A model generated the notes under the pieces. The model saw only the letters and a program-made list of their open reading frames with translations, was not told the DNA's origin and searched no databases. From positions 1-27,449 of the forward strand of contig JBDLIE010000034.1 in the NCBI GenBank assembly GCA_039715015.1: a DNA stretch of 27,449 nt, written 5' to 3'. This DNA comes from Thermodesulfobacteriota bacterium. GTDB taxonomy: Bacteria > Desulfobacterota > Desulfobulbia > Desulfobulbales > SURF-16. The position numbers and the translations under genes were made by a program. Positions 1-9,909 of this stretch are shown here, one piece after another. Numbering within the stretch: position 1 is the first letter of the stretch; the number at the start of each line of letters is the position of its first letter.

Positions 1-312
1 TTATTCGGCTTTACTCTTCTCTCTCCAAGGATACTGTTGCTCAGGTAATGGGTAAACAGCTCTTAGGCTCTGGAACTTCTGTTGGGGCGCATTATTGGGG
101 AGGCTGTTCGGTCCAGGTCTGATGCCGAATTTGTCAGTAAATTACAGGGCGGTATGCAGGAGCTGGAAGAAACTATCTATTGGTTTGAGCTTCTTGTTGA
201 GGCTGAGATAGTTGCAGAGTCCCAGATGGCTGATTTGATTCAAGGGGCAGATGAACCCATGGCGACTCTGACCACCATTGTAAAGAATACAAAGAGGAAA
301 AAACGAAAATGA
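1..312 (+). pseudogene. Four-helix-bundle (23S rRNA IVP-like) protein, 5'-truncated by the window and frameshifted
   Basis: Frame 3 from nt 3 reads IRLYSSLSKDTVAQVMGKQLLGSGTSVGAHY. The family-like continuation EAVRSRSDAEFVSKLQGGMQELEETIYWFELL is in frame 1 from nt 100. One extra base lies around the GGGG run at 97-100. Confidence 0.75.
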
Positions 313-349
313 GAGCCAAGGCGAGTAAGCCCTTATCATCTCAGGGATT

Positions 350-377
350 TCATCCCTCATCCTTCATCCTTCATCCT
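350..377 (+). repeat. Heptamer tandem repeat (TCATCCY x4)
   Basis: TCATCCC TCATCCT TCATCCT TCATCCT, directly downstream of the four-helix-bundle gene. Confidence 0.9.
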
Positions 378-394
378 TGTCATGAGGTGGCAGC

Positions 395-1705
395 ATGATT
401 ATAAAACCAATTACCTCATCAAGCAGCAAAGGGAAGAAAGTCCTCGCCGACTTGAGCGATCGCTTTCAACTGGCTGACCCGAAATGTCAGGAGATTGTCA
501 CGGATATTCTGGCCCAGGTGCGGAGCCGCGGTGATGAAGCAGTGTTGGAATACACCCGTAAATTTGATGCCCCGACGATGAGCATTGATTCCTTACGAGC
601 CAGTGAGGCTGAGATGGCTGCCGCCTATGAGCAGGTGGAAGAGTCTATCCTGACCTCCATCCGCCTTGCTAAGGAGCGAATCTGGCAGTTCCACGAGCGG
701 GAGATGGAAGAGTCCTGGGTGGTGACCAGGGAGGACGGCACCATCACCGGCCGCATGGTGCAGCCGGTGGCCTCAGCCGGGCTCTACGTGCCGGGTGGCC
801 AGGGCGGCAAAACGCCCCTTGTTTCCTCAGTGCTGATGAACGGTATCCCGGCGGCCATTGCCGGGGTCAAAAAGAGGGTGATGATGACCCCGCCTTCCGA
901 GCACGGCTCTGTCCATCCTGCCCTGCTGGTGGCTGCCCAGGAGATCGGTATCAGCGAAATCTATAAGACCGGTTCGGCTTGGGCCATTGCGGCCTTGGCC
1001 TTTGGCACCGAGACCATCCCCAGGGTGGATGTCATTGTCGGCCCTGGCAACCAGTTTGTCGCCGAGGCCAAACGGCAGGTCATGGGCCGGGTGCGCATTG
1101 ATATGATTGCCGGTCCCAGTGAGGTGTTGATCATTGCCGACGAGCAGGCCAAACCCGCCAGCTGCGCCGCTGATATGCTGGCCCAGGCCGAGCATGATCC
1201 CCAGGCCCTGGCCATATTACTGACCACCAGCGACAAGGTGGCCCAGGAAACTGTAGCGGAACTTGAGCGTCAGTTGCCTTTACTCTCAAGAGAAGAGATT
1301 GCCCGCACCTCTCTTAACGAGCGCGGTGTGATTGTGGTCTGCGCTGATCTGGATGAGGCCATGGGCCTGGCCAATGACATTGCCATTGAGCACCTGGAAC
1401 TCATGGTTGCTGAGCCCTTCCTGCTTCTTGGTAAGGTGGAACATGCCGGTGCGGTCTTCTTGGGTGATTATTCGCCGGAGGCCTGCGGTGACTATGTGGC
1501 CGGTCCCAACCATGTTTTGCCCACCATGGGCACGGCCCGGATATCTTCGGCCCTGGGGGTTGAGACCTTCCTGAAGAAATCCTCCATCATCGCTTACTCC
1601 AAGGAGGCCTTTCTTGCCGATGCCGACCACATCCAGGCCCTGGCCAACCTGGAAGGCCTAAGCGCCCACGCCCGCTCCGTGGCCGTCCGCCTGGAAGAAA
1701 AATAG
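395..1705 (+). CDS. hisD: Histidinol dehydrogenase
   Basis: 436 aa with GLYVPGG, DVIVGPGNQFV, IDMIAGPSEV, DMLAQAEHD, EHLEL and GDYVAGPNHVLPT motifs. SD GAGG upstream. Confidence 0.97.
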   Translation: MIIKPITSSSSKGKKVLADLSDRFQLADPKCQEIVTDILAQVRSRGDEAVLEYTRKFDAPTMSIDSLRASEAEMAAAYEQVEESILTSIRLAKERIWQFHEREMEESWVVTREDGTITGRMVQPVASAGLYVPGGQGGKTPLVSSVLMNGIPAAIAGVKKRVMMTPPSEHGSVHPALLVAAQEIGISEIYKTGSAWAIAALAFGTETIPRVDVIVGPGNQFVAEAKRQVMGRVRIDMIAGPSEVLIIADEQAKPASCAADMLAQAEHDPQALAILLTTSDKVAQETVAELERQLPLLSREEIARTSLNERGVIVVCADLDEAMGLANDIAIEHLELMVAEPFLLLGKVEHAGAVFLGDYSPEACGDYVAGPNHVLPTMGTARISSALGVETFLKKSSIIAYSKEAFLADADHIQALANLEGLSAHARSVAVRLEEK

Positions 1706-1714
1706 GCTGTAGCA

Positions 1715-2374
1715 ATGACTTGCCTCGAGTTTCTGGAACAGGGCTGTGGGCAACTGGGAATTGATCTCTCTCCAGCACAGCTTAATGCTCTTTGCCGTTA
1801 TTACCAGGAGCTTGCCAAGTGGAGTAAAAAGATGAACCTGGTGGCCAAGGCTGGGATGAAGGAAATCCTGGCCAGCCACTTTCTCGACTCCCTTACCCTG
1901 CAACCCCACCTGGCGGAGAATAATTTTCGTCTGCTCGACATAGGAACCGGTGCCGGTTTTCCTGGTTTGGCCCTCAAGGTTGTTTGTCCACAGATGCAGC
2001 TCACCCTGGTGGAGCCCCGGACAAAACGGGTGAGCTTTCTGCGTCACATTATCCGTACCCTTGACCTCTCTGATGTCCGGGTGGTGGCCGAGAGGTTGGA
2101 GGCAGACAACAAAGAACAGCTTGCCGGCCTGGGTGTTTTTGATGTGGTGACAAGCCGGGCCTTGGCAAATCTTGAGATTTTTTTACCCTTGGTGGAGGCG
2201 TATTGCGCAGAAGAAGGCCAAGTCATCTGTATGAAGGGGCCAAAGGCCCAAGAAGAACACCAGGAATGGCTAACCAGCCACCCCCAGAGCTGCCTAGAGC
2301 TGGTGGCAACTCTCCAATACATCCTGCCTGAAACAGCTCAGAGCAGGCAGCTCATGATTTTTGAGAAGAAATAG
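1715..2374 (+). CDS. rsmG: 16S rRNA m7G527 methyltransferase RsmG (GidB)
   Basis: [34 protein letters not shown] and MKG motifs. Confidence 0.95.
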   Translation: MTCLEFLEQGCGQLGIDLSPAQLNALCRYYQELAKWSKKMNLVAKAGMKEILASHFLDSLTLQPHLAENNFRLLDIGTGAGFPGLALKVVCPQMQLTLVEPRTKRVSFLRHIIRTLDLSDVRVVAERLEADNKEQLAGLGVFDVVTSRALANLEIFLPLVEAYCAEEGQVICMKGPKAQEEHQEWLTSHPQSCLELVATLQYILPETAQSRQLMIFEKK

Positions 2375-2399
2375 ACCCCATAGCCTCGATAAAATATTT

Positions 2400-3902
2400 A
2401 TGTTTGATCAACGCACAACAGCAGCCAACACCCCAGCCTTGATGTTTCAAGGGACCTGCTCTAATGCCGGCAAGTCGATTTTGACCGCGGCCTTTTGCCG
2501 GATTCTCCTGCAGGATGGTTTGGCGGTGGCGCCGTTTAAGGCCCAGAACATGTCCCTGAACTCCTACGTCACCCATGCGGGTGAGGAGATGGGGCGGGCC
2601 CAGGTGGTGCAGGCCCAGGCGGCCCGGCTGGACCCGGACGTGCGCATGAATCCAGTGCTGCTTAAACCCTCTTCCGATACGGGCAGTCAGGTTATTGTCA
2701 TGGGCAAGCCGGTGGCAAATATGAGTGTCGGCGATTATCTGCGCTATAAGCCGGAGGCCTTTGCCAAGGTCCAGGAGGCCTATGACTCACTGGCTGGTGA
2801 GTATCAGGTGGTCATCATGGAGGGTGCTGGTTCGCCTGCCGAGGTCAATCTCAAGCATCATGATATCGTTAATATGCCCATGGCCCGTTATGCCAAGGCC
2901 AAGGTTCTCCTTGTCGGTGATATTGACCGGGGCGGGGTCTTTGCCTCCTTTGTCGGTACCATGGAAATCCTGGATGAGTGGGAGCGCGACCTGCTCTCCG
3001 GTTTTGTGGTCAACCGTTTCCGTGGCCAGAAGTCACTTCTTGATGACGCCCTGCGTTATATGGAGGACAAGACAGGTAAGCCGGTGCTGGGGGTGGTGGA
3101 TTATCTCGCCAACCTGGGCTTGCCAGAAGAGGATTCGGTAAGTTTTAAAAACGGTCTTTTTGACCAGCAGTCCCAGGGCCAAGCCGATATTGATCTGGCC
3201 CTCATCGACCTGCCCCATATTTCCAATTTTACCGATTTTGAGCCCTTTCTGGCCGAGCCTGATGTCCGCATCAGATTAGTGGGAAAGGTCGAGGAGCTGG
3301 GCCGGCCCCATGCCATCCTGCTGCCCGGCAGCAAGAATGTCGTGGCAGACCTGCGTTATTTGCAGGAAAGCGGCTTGGGAGTTGCCGTTAAGGAGTTGTC
3401 CGAGCAGGAGGTTGAGGTAGGAGGCATCTGCGGCGGATTTCAGATTCTTGGCCGTCACCTCGGTGACCCCCACCATATTGAATCAGAAGGAGAAAGTCTT
3501 GCCGGGCTTGGCCTTCTTGATATCGATACAGTGTTGGAGAAAGAAAAAACTCTGACCTTGAAAAATGGTGTCCATCTCGGCTCCGGCTGTCAGGTGCGGG
3601 GCTATGAAATCCATCATGGCATCAGTGCCAGCCCGAGCCAGCCCCTGCTCAGCCTTGACGGTGATGAGGAGAGCGGGGTTGTTTCCGATACCGGCTTGAT
3701 CTGGGGATCTTATCTGCATGGTATTTTTGATGATGATTCGTTCCGGCGCTGGTTTATAGACCGCTTGCGCCGTCGTTCAGGTCTGGCGCCCTTGGGCCAC
3801 GTGCAGGCCCGTTATGATCTGGAACCCGCCTTTGACCGTCTGGCAGCTGCCGTCCGTGAGCAGATGGATATGGACCGGGTCTATGAGCTTCTCGGCCTTT
3901 AG
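2400..3902 (+). CDS. cbiP: Cobyric acid synthase CobQ/CbiP
   Basis: [56 protein letters not shown] (catalytic Cys) and GSYLHG. ATG at 2400 is preferred over the TTG at 2361, which overlaps rsmG. Confidence 0.95.
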   Translation: MFDQRTTAANTPALMFQGTCSNAGKSILTAAFCRILLQDGLAVAPFKAQNMSLNSYVTHAGEEMGRAQVVQAQAARLDPDVRMNPVLLKPSSDTGSQVIVMGKPVANMSVGDYLRYKPEAFAKVQEAYDSLAGEYQVVIMEGAGSPAEVNLKHHDIVNMPMARYAKAKVLLVGDIDRGGVFASFVGTMEILDEWERDLLSGFVVNRFRGQKSLLDDALRYMEDKTGKPVLGVVDYLANLGLPEEDSVSFKNGLFDQQSQGQADIDLALIDLPHISNFTDFEPFLAEPDVRIRLVGKVEELGRPHAILLPGSKNVVADLRYLQESGLGVAVKELSEQEVEVGGICGGFQILGRHLGDPHHIESEGESLAGLGLLDIDTVLEKEKTLTLKNGVHLGSGCQVRGYEIHHGISASPSQPLLSLDGDEESGVVSDTGLIWGSYLHGIFDDDSFRRWFIDRLRRRSGLAPLGHVQARYDLEPAFDRLAAAVREQMDMDRVYELLGL

Positions 3903-3904
3903 AT

Positions 3905-4849
3905 ATGCTTTCACCTGTTGTCCATATTGGCCTGGCCCTTATCCTTGATCAAATCCTCGGTGATCCGCGCTGGCTTCCCCATCCGGTCCGTTTAATTGGC
4001 GCCTTGCAGGCCGTCCTTGAGGAGAAATCCCGGCAGTTTATTCCCCATGCCCGGACAGCCGGAGTGGTGACCCTACTCATCACCCTGATTTGCACAGGCG
4101 GTGCGACCTATGCCCTTCTCCATGGGGCCGGGATGCTCCATCCCTTTGTCTATGATGCGGTGGCAGTCATTCTGCTCTATACGAGTTTTGCAGCCAGGGA
4201 TCTGGCCCGGCACGCCTCTGCCGTCTATCAGGCCTTGCGACAGGATGATATAGCCTTGGCCCGGCAGCGGGTGGCCCTGATTGTCGGTCGTGATACAGCT
4301 GATCTTGATGAGGCCGGGGTGACCCGGGCCGGGGTGGAGAGTGTGGCGGAAAGCCTGGTGGATGGAGTGACAGCGCCGATTTTTTATGCCTTCATCGGCG
4401 GACCGATGGGTGCCATGCTCTATAAGGCCATTAATACCGGCGACTCCATGTTCGGTTACAAGAATGAACGGTACATAAAGTTTGGCTGGGCGGCGGCTCG
4501 GCTGGACGATCTCGCCAATTTTTTACCAGCCCGCCTCACAGCCCTCCTTATCCCTCCGGCTGCCCTCTTTCTTGGCCTTAAGGCCCGTGGTAGCCTGCAT
4601 ATCCTCCGGCGTGACTGCCGGGCCCATGCCAGCCCCAACTCCGGCTTTCCAGAGGCGGCTGTGGCCGGTGCTCTTGATGTCCAGCTTGGTGGTGATAGCT
4701 CCTATTTCGGCAAAACAGTCAGCAAGCAAACCATTGGTGACGCCAATAAGAAAATTGTTGCCGGCCACCTGCGCAGCGCTGTCTCTCTCATGCTCCTCAC
4801 CGCACTTTTTTTCTTTGGCCTTGGCGTTCTGCTGAGCATCTTATTTTAG
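3905..4849 (+). CDS. cbiB: Adenosylcobinamide-phosphate synthase CbiB/CobD
   Basis: GDPRWLPHPV, IVGRDT, ESVAESLVDGV, YKAINTGDSMFGYKN, ARLDDLANFLPARL and HASPNSG. Hydrophobic membrane segments. Confidence 0.95.
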   Translation: MLSPVVHIGLALILDQILGDPRWLPHPVRLIGALQAVLEEKSRQFIPHARTAGVVTLLITLICTGGATYALLHGAGMLHPFVYDAVAVILLYTSFAARDLARHASAVYQALRQDDIALARQRVALIVGRDTADLDEAGVTRAGVESVAESLVDGVTAPIFYAFIGGPMGAMLYKAINTGDSMFGYKNERYIKFGWAAARLDDLANFLPARLTALLIPPAALFLGLKARGSLHILRRDCRAHASPNSGFPEAAVAGALDVQLGGDSSYFGKTVSKQTIGDANKKIVAGHLRSAVSLMLLTALFFFGLGVLLSILF

Positions 4850-5225
4850 AAGGAAAATAAAATAGTTATCTGTGAAGGCGCTGAAACGGTGGCTGTGCTT
4901 CCGCCTTGTTCCTAGTAAGAACATCTCTCCCCAAGCCTGGAGGCATGATTTTCCACCCTTTTCTTCTGATCTTGATTTGAGTCAGAGAAAAAGAGTATTA
5001 TGGGTGCTGGGAACTGAAATTGTTTGTGAGGAATGTGGGCAGGATGCCCCCTGGCAACAGAAACTGTACTCCATTCATCTCACCCGCCGCCCAGAAATTA
5101 CTTCTTATTTCTCAGAAGATTCTTTTTTTGGGCGATAACCATTTCATTTCAAAAATCCAAAGAAGGAGGTGACGAGCTATCGCTTGAGTTCACTTGATAA
5201 ACATTAAAATCAAAGGAGGGAGCCC

Positions 5226-6446
5226 ATGAAGATAAAAGCAACACTTGCCCTGTTTGCCATCGGCCTTTTAGGACTGTCCCAGGTTGGCATGGCCGCTAAA
5301 CCGAAGGAGGCCGATACCATCGATGAACTTCTCAAAATCCACGACAATTCTTCCTGCAAGGAATGTCATAGCGAAGCCCATGAACAGTGGAGTAAATCCT
5401 GGCACGCCAAGGCTGTAATTTCTTCACTGAAAGGAATGCGCAACTTTATAAAGGTCGGTCTGGAAAAGGAGTGGAATACCCCTTTAACGAAAATTCAACT
5501 CTTAAAATGCCTGGACTGTCATGCTCCCATAGTCAATTTCGCCTCTGAAAAACTAGCAAAGGAAATCGGCGGATTAATCGTTACCGCTTTTGAAAAAAAG
5601 GGGACTCGCGCTGGCGATGCCGCTAAAAAGGAACTCGCCAAACTCAATGTCGGCTGCACCAGCTGTCATAACATAAAGGCAACAACGGTTGCCAAAGGCC
5701 TACGTGGCGAACCAGAGTATGGCGTGGTCTACGGGCCAAATGGCAATGATTCTGACGGCCATGAGAGCATCGAGTCTGTGGAAATGGGCCGCTCTCTTTT
5801 CTGCATGCAATGTCACGGCATCTACACCGCCCCTGACGGTGAAAAAATCCAATGCAATACCCTGTCCGGTAGTTATCAGGATGCTTATATCAACCTTGGC
5901 GGTTCCCAGACCTGCCAGGACTGTCATATGAAGGATACGGGCCATTTCTTTCCGGGCGGCCATGATCTAGCAACGGTGAAAAAAGGGTTGGGCTTTAATG
6001 TGCAGATCACCGATTACCGCCATCTGCCCGGTAAGGTCCCTGGCGTAAAGAACAAAAAAGCCTGGGTTCCCAGCGTTTTGGTCACCGCTTTCATTGAAAA
6101 TAAGACTGGCCATCGTGTCCCAGACGGCTGACTCTGGTCAGGAAAAGTGGTCCTGGATGTGACCGCCAAAGACACAAAAGGAAAAGTTCTGTTTGCAGAG
6201 AAAAAGACCTATTTTGAGATCGGTGTGGATACCGACCGTGACATGCGTTACGGTGCCTGGCAAATCAAGGAAATAATAGATCTCACCCTGCCTCCGCTCC
6301 AGACCCAGAAGGAGCAATATCTCATGCATTTTGACACGGATACCGACGAGGTCGAGATTGAGGCCAAGCTCTGGTACTACATCAGCGGCGGCAAGGGGGA
6401 TGTTGTCTATTCGGTAAAGAAAAAAATGGAGTTTGAAACCGACTAA
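5226..6446 (+). CDS. Periplasmic pentaheme cytochrome c selenoprotein, ExtKL/MHSEP-like (406 aa, Sec at codon 302)
   Basis: Signal peptide and five CxxCH motifs (CKECH, CLDCH, CTSCH, CMQCH, CQDCH). TGA at 6129-6131 in GHRVPDG*LWSGK is in frame with ORF 6147..6446 and is followed by a SECIS-like hairpin. Confidence 0.88.
6147..6166 (+). promoter_or_regulatory. Bacterial SECIS-like hairpin
   Basis: GTGGTC-CTGGATGT-GACCGC forms a 6-bp stem (one G-U pair) with apical GG about 24 nt after the UGA, a typical bacterial SECIS distance. Confidence 0.75.
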
Positions 6447-6474
6447 ACCAGAATTTCAGGCACCTTTCTTTCTG

Positions 6475-6514
6475 GACACCGGGCCGCGTTAATCAGGGCC
6501 CGGTGTCTATTTTT
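6475..6514. terminator. Intrinsic terminator between convergent genes
   Basis: Perfect 11-bp stem GACACCGGGCC (6475-6485) / GGCCCGGTGTC (6497-6507), followed by TATTTTT. Confidence 0.75.
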
Positions 6515-6539
6515 CAAGCAAAGAAGCAAATCCAAGATC

Positions 6540-7229
6540 CTACCTCTTGCCTTCCGCCCTGAGGGCAGCCAGAAAAGGTCCGAAAAGATCGTCATACTCG
6601 CGAAAGGATTTTTTGAGGATGATGGGCAGATCGGGCAATTCGTTGTCGTTGACGACAAGATTTGTACTGTTGTGCAGGGCCTCAAGATTGTAGAGGGTGT
6701 GAAACTCTGGGCCAATAATCACGTAGTAGATATAGCGCCGTTTCTGCATGGGCAGCTCACACATGTGGCTATGAAAGGTTGAGTCGGCCAGCATTCCTTC
6801 GTAGCGGCTGTGGAGGACCACTGCGGCAAATTCAGTAAAACGCATGCGGTTGATGGCGTCTGCAGCAGAATCTGGAAAGATAGGCTTGTAGCCCAGACCT
6901 TCAAAGACCGTGGAAATGGTGTGGCGGGCCGGATGGTCATTGGGCATAAGAATCATGACCAGGGAGAACTCGTCCAAGACCTCCTTGTCGGCAATGGTCC
7001 CTGATTTAAGCCAGTTGAGGCTGGGAGGTTGGGGCATATCCCCCTTAATCTCTGGGCCTCCGACAGCGGCTGTTTGCTGAGGGCTGGCAGTGACCTCCAC
7101 CGCCATTTGGCAGGTGGGACAACTGAATTTAAGGCTCTTGCCCATGGGCAGGGCAGCATAGGCCTCTTCAATTTTTTTCTGGTGGCCGGCGGTAAAAGAA
7201 TGCTGGCAATGGGGACATTGTGAAATCAT
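6540..7229 (-). CDS. Zinc-ribbon protein with a C-terminal receiver-like domain, coupled to the pilT paralogue
   Basis: N-terminal CPHC...CPTC, a Pro-rich linker, then an alpha/beta domain. Begins 31 bp after the pilT stop. Confidence 0.7.
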   Translation of the reverse strand: MISQCPHCQHSFTAGHQKKIEEAYAALPMGKSLKFSCPTCQMAVEVTASPQQTAAVGGPEIKGDMPQPPSLNWLKSGTIADKEVLDEFSLVMILMPNDHPARHTISTVFEGLGYKPIFPDSAADAINRMRFTEFAAVVLHSRYEGMLADSTFHSHMCELPMQKRRYIYYVIIGPEFHTLYNLEALHNSTNLVVNDNELPDLPIILKKSFREYDDLFGPFLAALRAEGKR

Positions 7230-7260
7230 GCTCTAACCTTTTTGTTTAAAGAGTAGCTGC

Positions 7261-8451
7261 TTATCTGGAGAAACCGTCATTGCGACCATAAGCATCACCA
7301 TCATCTTCTTCCATGGCAAGGCCGGTAATGCTGGTGGTGGTTTCGCCCTTGGCAGCCTTGAGCTGGTCAAGGCCACGCCCCATGACATTACGTTGGCTGC
7401 AGTACTGCAGGGCTGTTTCTTCTGTGACCAAATCTTTTTCAAAGAGGGACAGGATGTATTGGTCAAAGGTGGTCATACCCTGGGCTGTTCCGGCGCTTAT
7501 GACCTCATAAAAGGTGCGGTCTTCCTCCTCGCCGTGCAGGATGATATCGCGGACACGGAGGTTCATTTTCAGGATCTCAAAGGCTGCTGCTCGACCGCCA
7601 CCAACCTTGGGCAAAAGACGCTGGCCGACAATCCAGCGCAAGGTCTCAGCCAGCCGGTTTCTAATCTGCGGTTGCTCGTCATGCTCAAACATGCCCAGGC
7701 AGCGGTTGACGGTGGAGCCGGCATCGATTGTATGGAGGGTGGAGAGAACGAGATGACCGGTCTCAGCAGCGGTCAGGCCGATCTCCATGGTTTCCCGGTC
7801 GCGCATCTCACCCACCAGAATAACCTTGGGCGCCTGACGCAGGGCGGCGCGCAGGCCGTTGGAGAAACTGTCAAAGTCATTGCCCAGTTCACGCTGGTTA
7901 AAGGTGGCCTTATGGTGCGGGTGAACAAATTCGATGGGGTCTTCCAGGGTGATGGCGTGGACGGCCCGTTCCCTGTTTATTTTATGGAGAAGAGCAGCCA
8001 AGGTGGTTGATTTACCAGAACCAGTGGAACCTGTTACCAGAATAAAGCCGTTTAAGATATCAGTCATCTGCTTCATGGCCGGAGGCAGGTCCATCGATTC
8101 AATGGTGGGTATCTCGGTGGGCAGCTTACGAAGGACAGCAGAGTAATGGCCGCGCTGGGAGAAGATGTTTACCCTGAAGCGGGCCTTGTCGCCCAGTCGA
8201 TACGAGAGATCGCAGGAACCGTTCTTGACCAGGTCGTTAAGTAGACGTTTGTTGCCGGCAATGAGATTGAGGGCAAAGACCTCGGTTTGATAGGGGGTAA
8301 GTGCCGTAATATTTGGTTCAATGGGTACCGGGACGAGCTTGCCGGCCGATTCCACCTGCAGGGATTTGTCAACTGTGAAATTCAAGTCAGACACCCCGGT
8401 ATGGGAATCAAGCATGGTGTCAATCCAATAATCGATTTCAGTTTGTTTCAT
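7261..8451 (-). CDS. pilT: PilT/PilU-family type IV pilus retraction ATPase (paralogue)
   Basis: Walker A GSTGSGKST, Asp box TLEDPIE, Walker B VILVGEMRD and His box TGHLVLSTLHT. The AIRNLIRE motif is replaced by RVRDIILHG. Confidence 0.9.
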   Translation of the reverse strand: MKQTEIDYWIDTMLDSHTGVSDLNFTVDKSLQVESAGKLVPVPIEPNITALTPYQTEVFALNLIAGNKRLLNDLVKNGSCDLSYRLGDKARFRVNIFSQRGHYSAVLRKLPTEIPTIESMDLPPAMKQMTDILNGFILVTGSTGSGKSTTLAALLHKINRERAVHAITLEDPIEFVHPHHKATFNQRELGNDFDSFSNGLRAALRQAPKVILVGEMRDRETMEIGLTAAETGHLVLSTLHTIDAGSTVNRCLGMFEHDEQPQIRNRLAETLRWIVGQRLLPKVGGGRAAAFEILKMNLRVRDIILHGEEEDRTFYEVISAGTAQGMTTFDQYILSLFEKDLVTEETALQYCSQRNVMGRGLDQLKAAKGETTTSITGLAMEEDDGDAYGRNDGFSR

Positions 8452-8474
8452 GGACTCCTCTTATCAACTACCTG

Positions 8475-9614
8475 TCAATGGGCCGGCTCTTTGGGCTGCT
8501 GGCCAATATTTTCGCTGGATACGATTTTACTGCGAACTCGCCGTAAAGACAAGTTGGGGATTAAAATTGCGAAGCGGCCTTTTTCCTTCATCACTCCCGC
8601 CTTCCCACCTGCCTTCCTGCCCACCCCCATGTAAAGATCAAGCCGGTGGGCACCTTCAATGGCTGCACCGCTGTCCTGGTGGGTAACCAGGCGGGTAAAT
8701 GGCTGCCAGGCGACTTTGCTATTTTTATTTAACACAGGTCGGCTGCTTGTCAAAACTCCAAGGATTCCAGGTGGATAATGGCTGGCATCCATGGCCACGG
8801 AGCGTCCCGGTGTCAGGGGGCAACCCAGGCTGCCTGTTGGTAAGATTTTTCCGGGCTCAGGGGTGTTCAACCTGAAAAAAATATAACGCTCATTGTGATG
8901 GAGGATCCTGTCTCTCTGTTCAGGGTGGCCATTCAGGTAGTTGCGGATGGAGGCCAAGCTTACCTCTTCTTTTTGAAGGAGACCCTCTTGGATGAGAACT
9001 CGGCCAATACTGGTATAGGGTCTGCCGTTATTAGCGGCATATGCTGCCAGGCGTCTGCTGCCGTCTGGAAGTTGGATAATTCCAGATCCTTGGACATGGA
9101 GGAAAAAAAGGTCAAGTGGGTCGGCGAGGTAGGCGATCTCATGGCCTTTGAGTGGTGTGTCGGTGTCAATTTCAGCCCGGCTGAGGCAGCGCAGCTGCTC
9201 TTGGTCCGGGGGGGTGTAGAGTGGAAAGCGATATCTGTCTGAGGGGGTCAGGCTCCCTGGAAAAATTGGCGTGTAATAACCGGTGACAAGCAGGGAGGTG
9301 GGGCGGCACGATGTGAAATTTTCGGAAAAGAAAAGGTCGAGGTCCTTATTTTCCTTATCTGCCAGGCGATTCAATATCTGGCTGTAGGCACGGCTTAATT
9401 CCAGGCCGGAAAGGGATTGGCCGCAGAGGTTGAAAATCTGTTCGGCGGCAGTATCAAAAAAATCACGGCTTTTTTCAAGGGCGGTTTCCAGCCCCGTGTA
9501 ATTAAGGTCGTCGGTGAGAGGTATAGGAGTGGCAAGGCTACTTTCAGCAAAAGAATTTGTCGCTAGTGTTTGACTGAAAATCAGGGCTAGAAAGAGTAGA
9601 AAAAAGGAAGGCAT
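8475..9614 (-). CDS. mltA: MltA-family lytic murein transglycosylase
   Basis: TGYYTP, FFLHVQGSG, YAANNGRPYTSIGR, NERYIFF and 3D-domain DSGAAIEGAHRLDLYMG. Signal peptide without an obvious lipobox Cys. Confidence 0.9.
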   Translation of the reverse strand: MPSFFLLFLALIFSQTLATNSFAESSLATPIPLTDDLNYTGLETALEKSRDFFDTAAEQIFNLCGQSLSGLELSRAYSQILNRLADKENKDLDLFFSENFTSCRPTSLLVTGYYTPIFPGSLTPSDRYRFPLYTPPDQEQLRCLSRAEIDTDTPLKGHEIAYLADPLDLFFLHVQGSGIIQLPDGSRRLAAYAANNGRPYTSIGRVLIQEGLLQKEEVSLASIRNYLNGHPEQRDRILHHNERYIFFRLNTPEPGKILPTGSLGCPLTPGRSVAMDASHYPPGILGVLTSSRPVLNKNSKVAWQPFTRLVTHQDSGAAIEGAHRLDLYMGVGRKAGGKAGVMKEKGRFAILIPNLSLRRVRSKIVSSENIGQQPKEPAH

Positions 9615-9909
9615 TGGTAGCGGTTTGAGTTCTGAAATTTTTTTTAATATACCATGGCGGCGCTCTGGGTGCGAAAAAAGTTGACACCATTCTTGTTAAG
9701 AACGCACAATTAAAAAATTGACTTATCTTTCAGGGAGCCAGGGAAATTTCGCTTGACCTGAATGGGTGGCGCTGGTAAGGAATGGCAGGTAAAAATACTT
9801 AGGTAGTTGTACTAGCGTAAAATTACATGCTCCGCAGTCCGTGAATATAAGTAAAAAAAGGCGGAGCTGGAGTACCTTTATTCGTAACGAAGAACCACAG
9901 GGAGGCATA

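Noticed and set aside
5052..5068. Sigma54 promoter for the selenocytochrome (TGGCAACAGAAACTGTA)
   Set aside because: It has TGGCA but no GC at the -12 position.
4872..5138. 88-aa GTG-start ORF
   Set aside because: No SD and no recognisable family. It overlaps the likely promoter region of the selenocytochrome.
6147..6446. Separate 99-aa CDS
   Set aside because: It is in frame with the upstream cytochrome across one TGA, and its start lies inside the SECIS-like hairpin. It is better read as the C-terminus of the selenoprotein.
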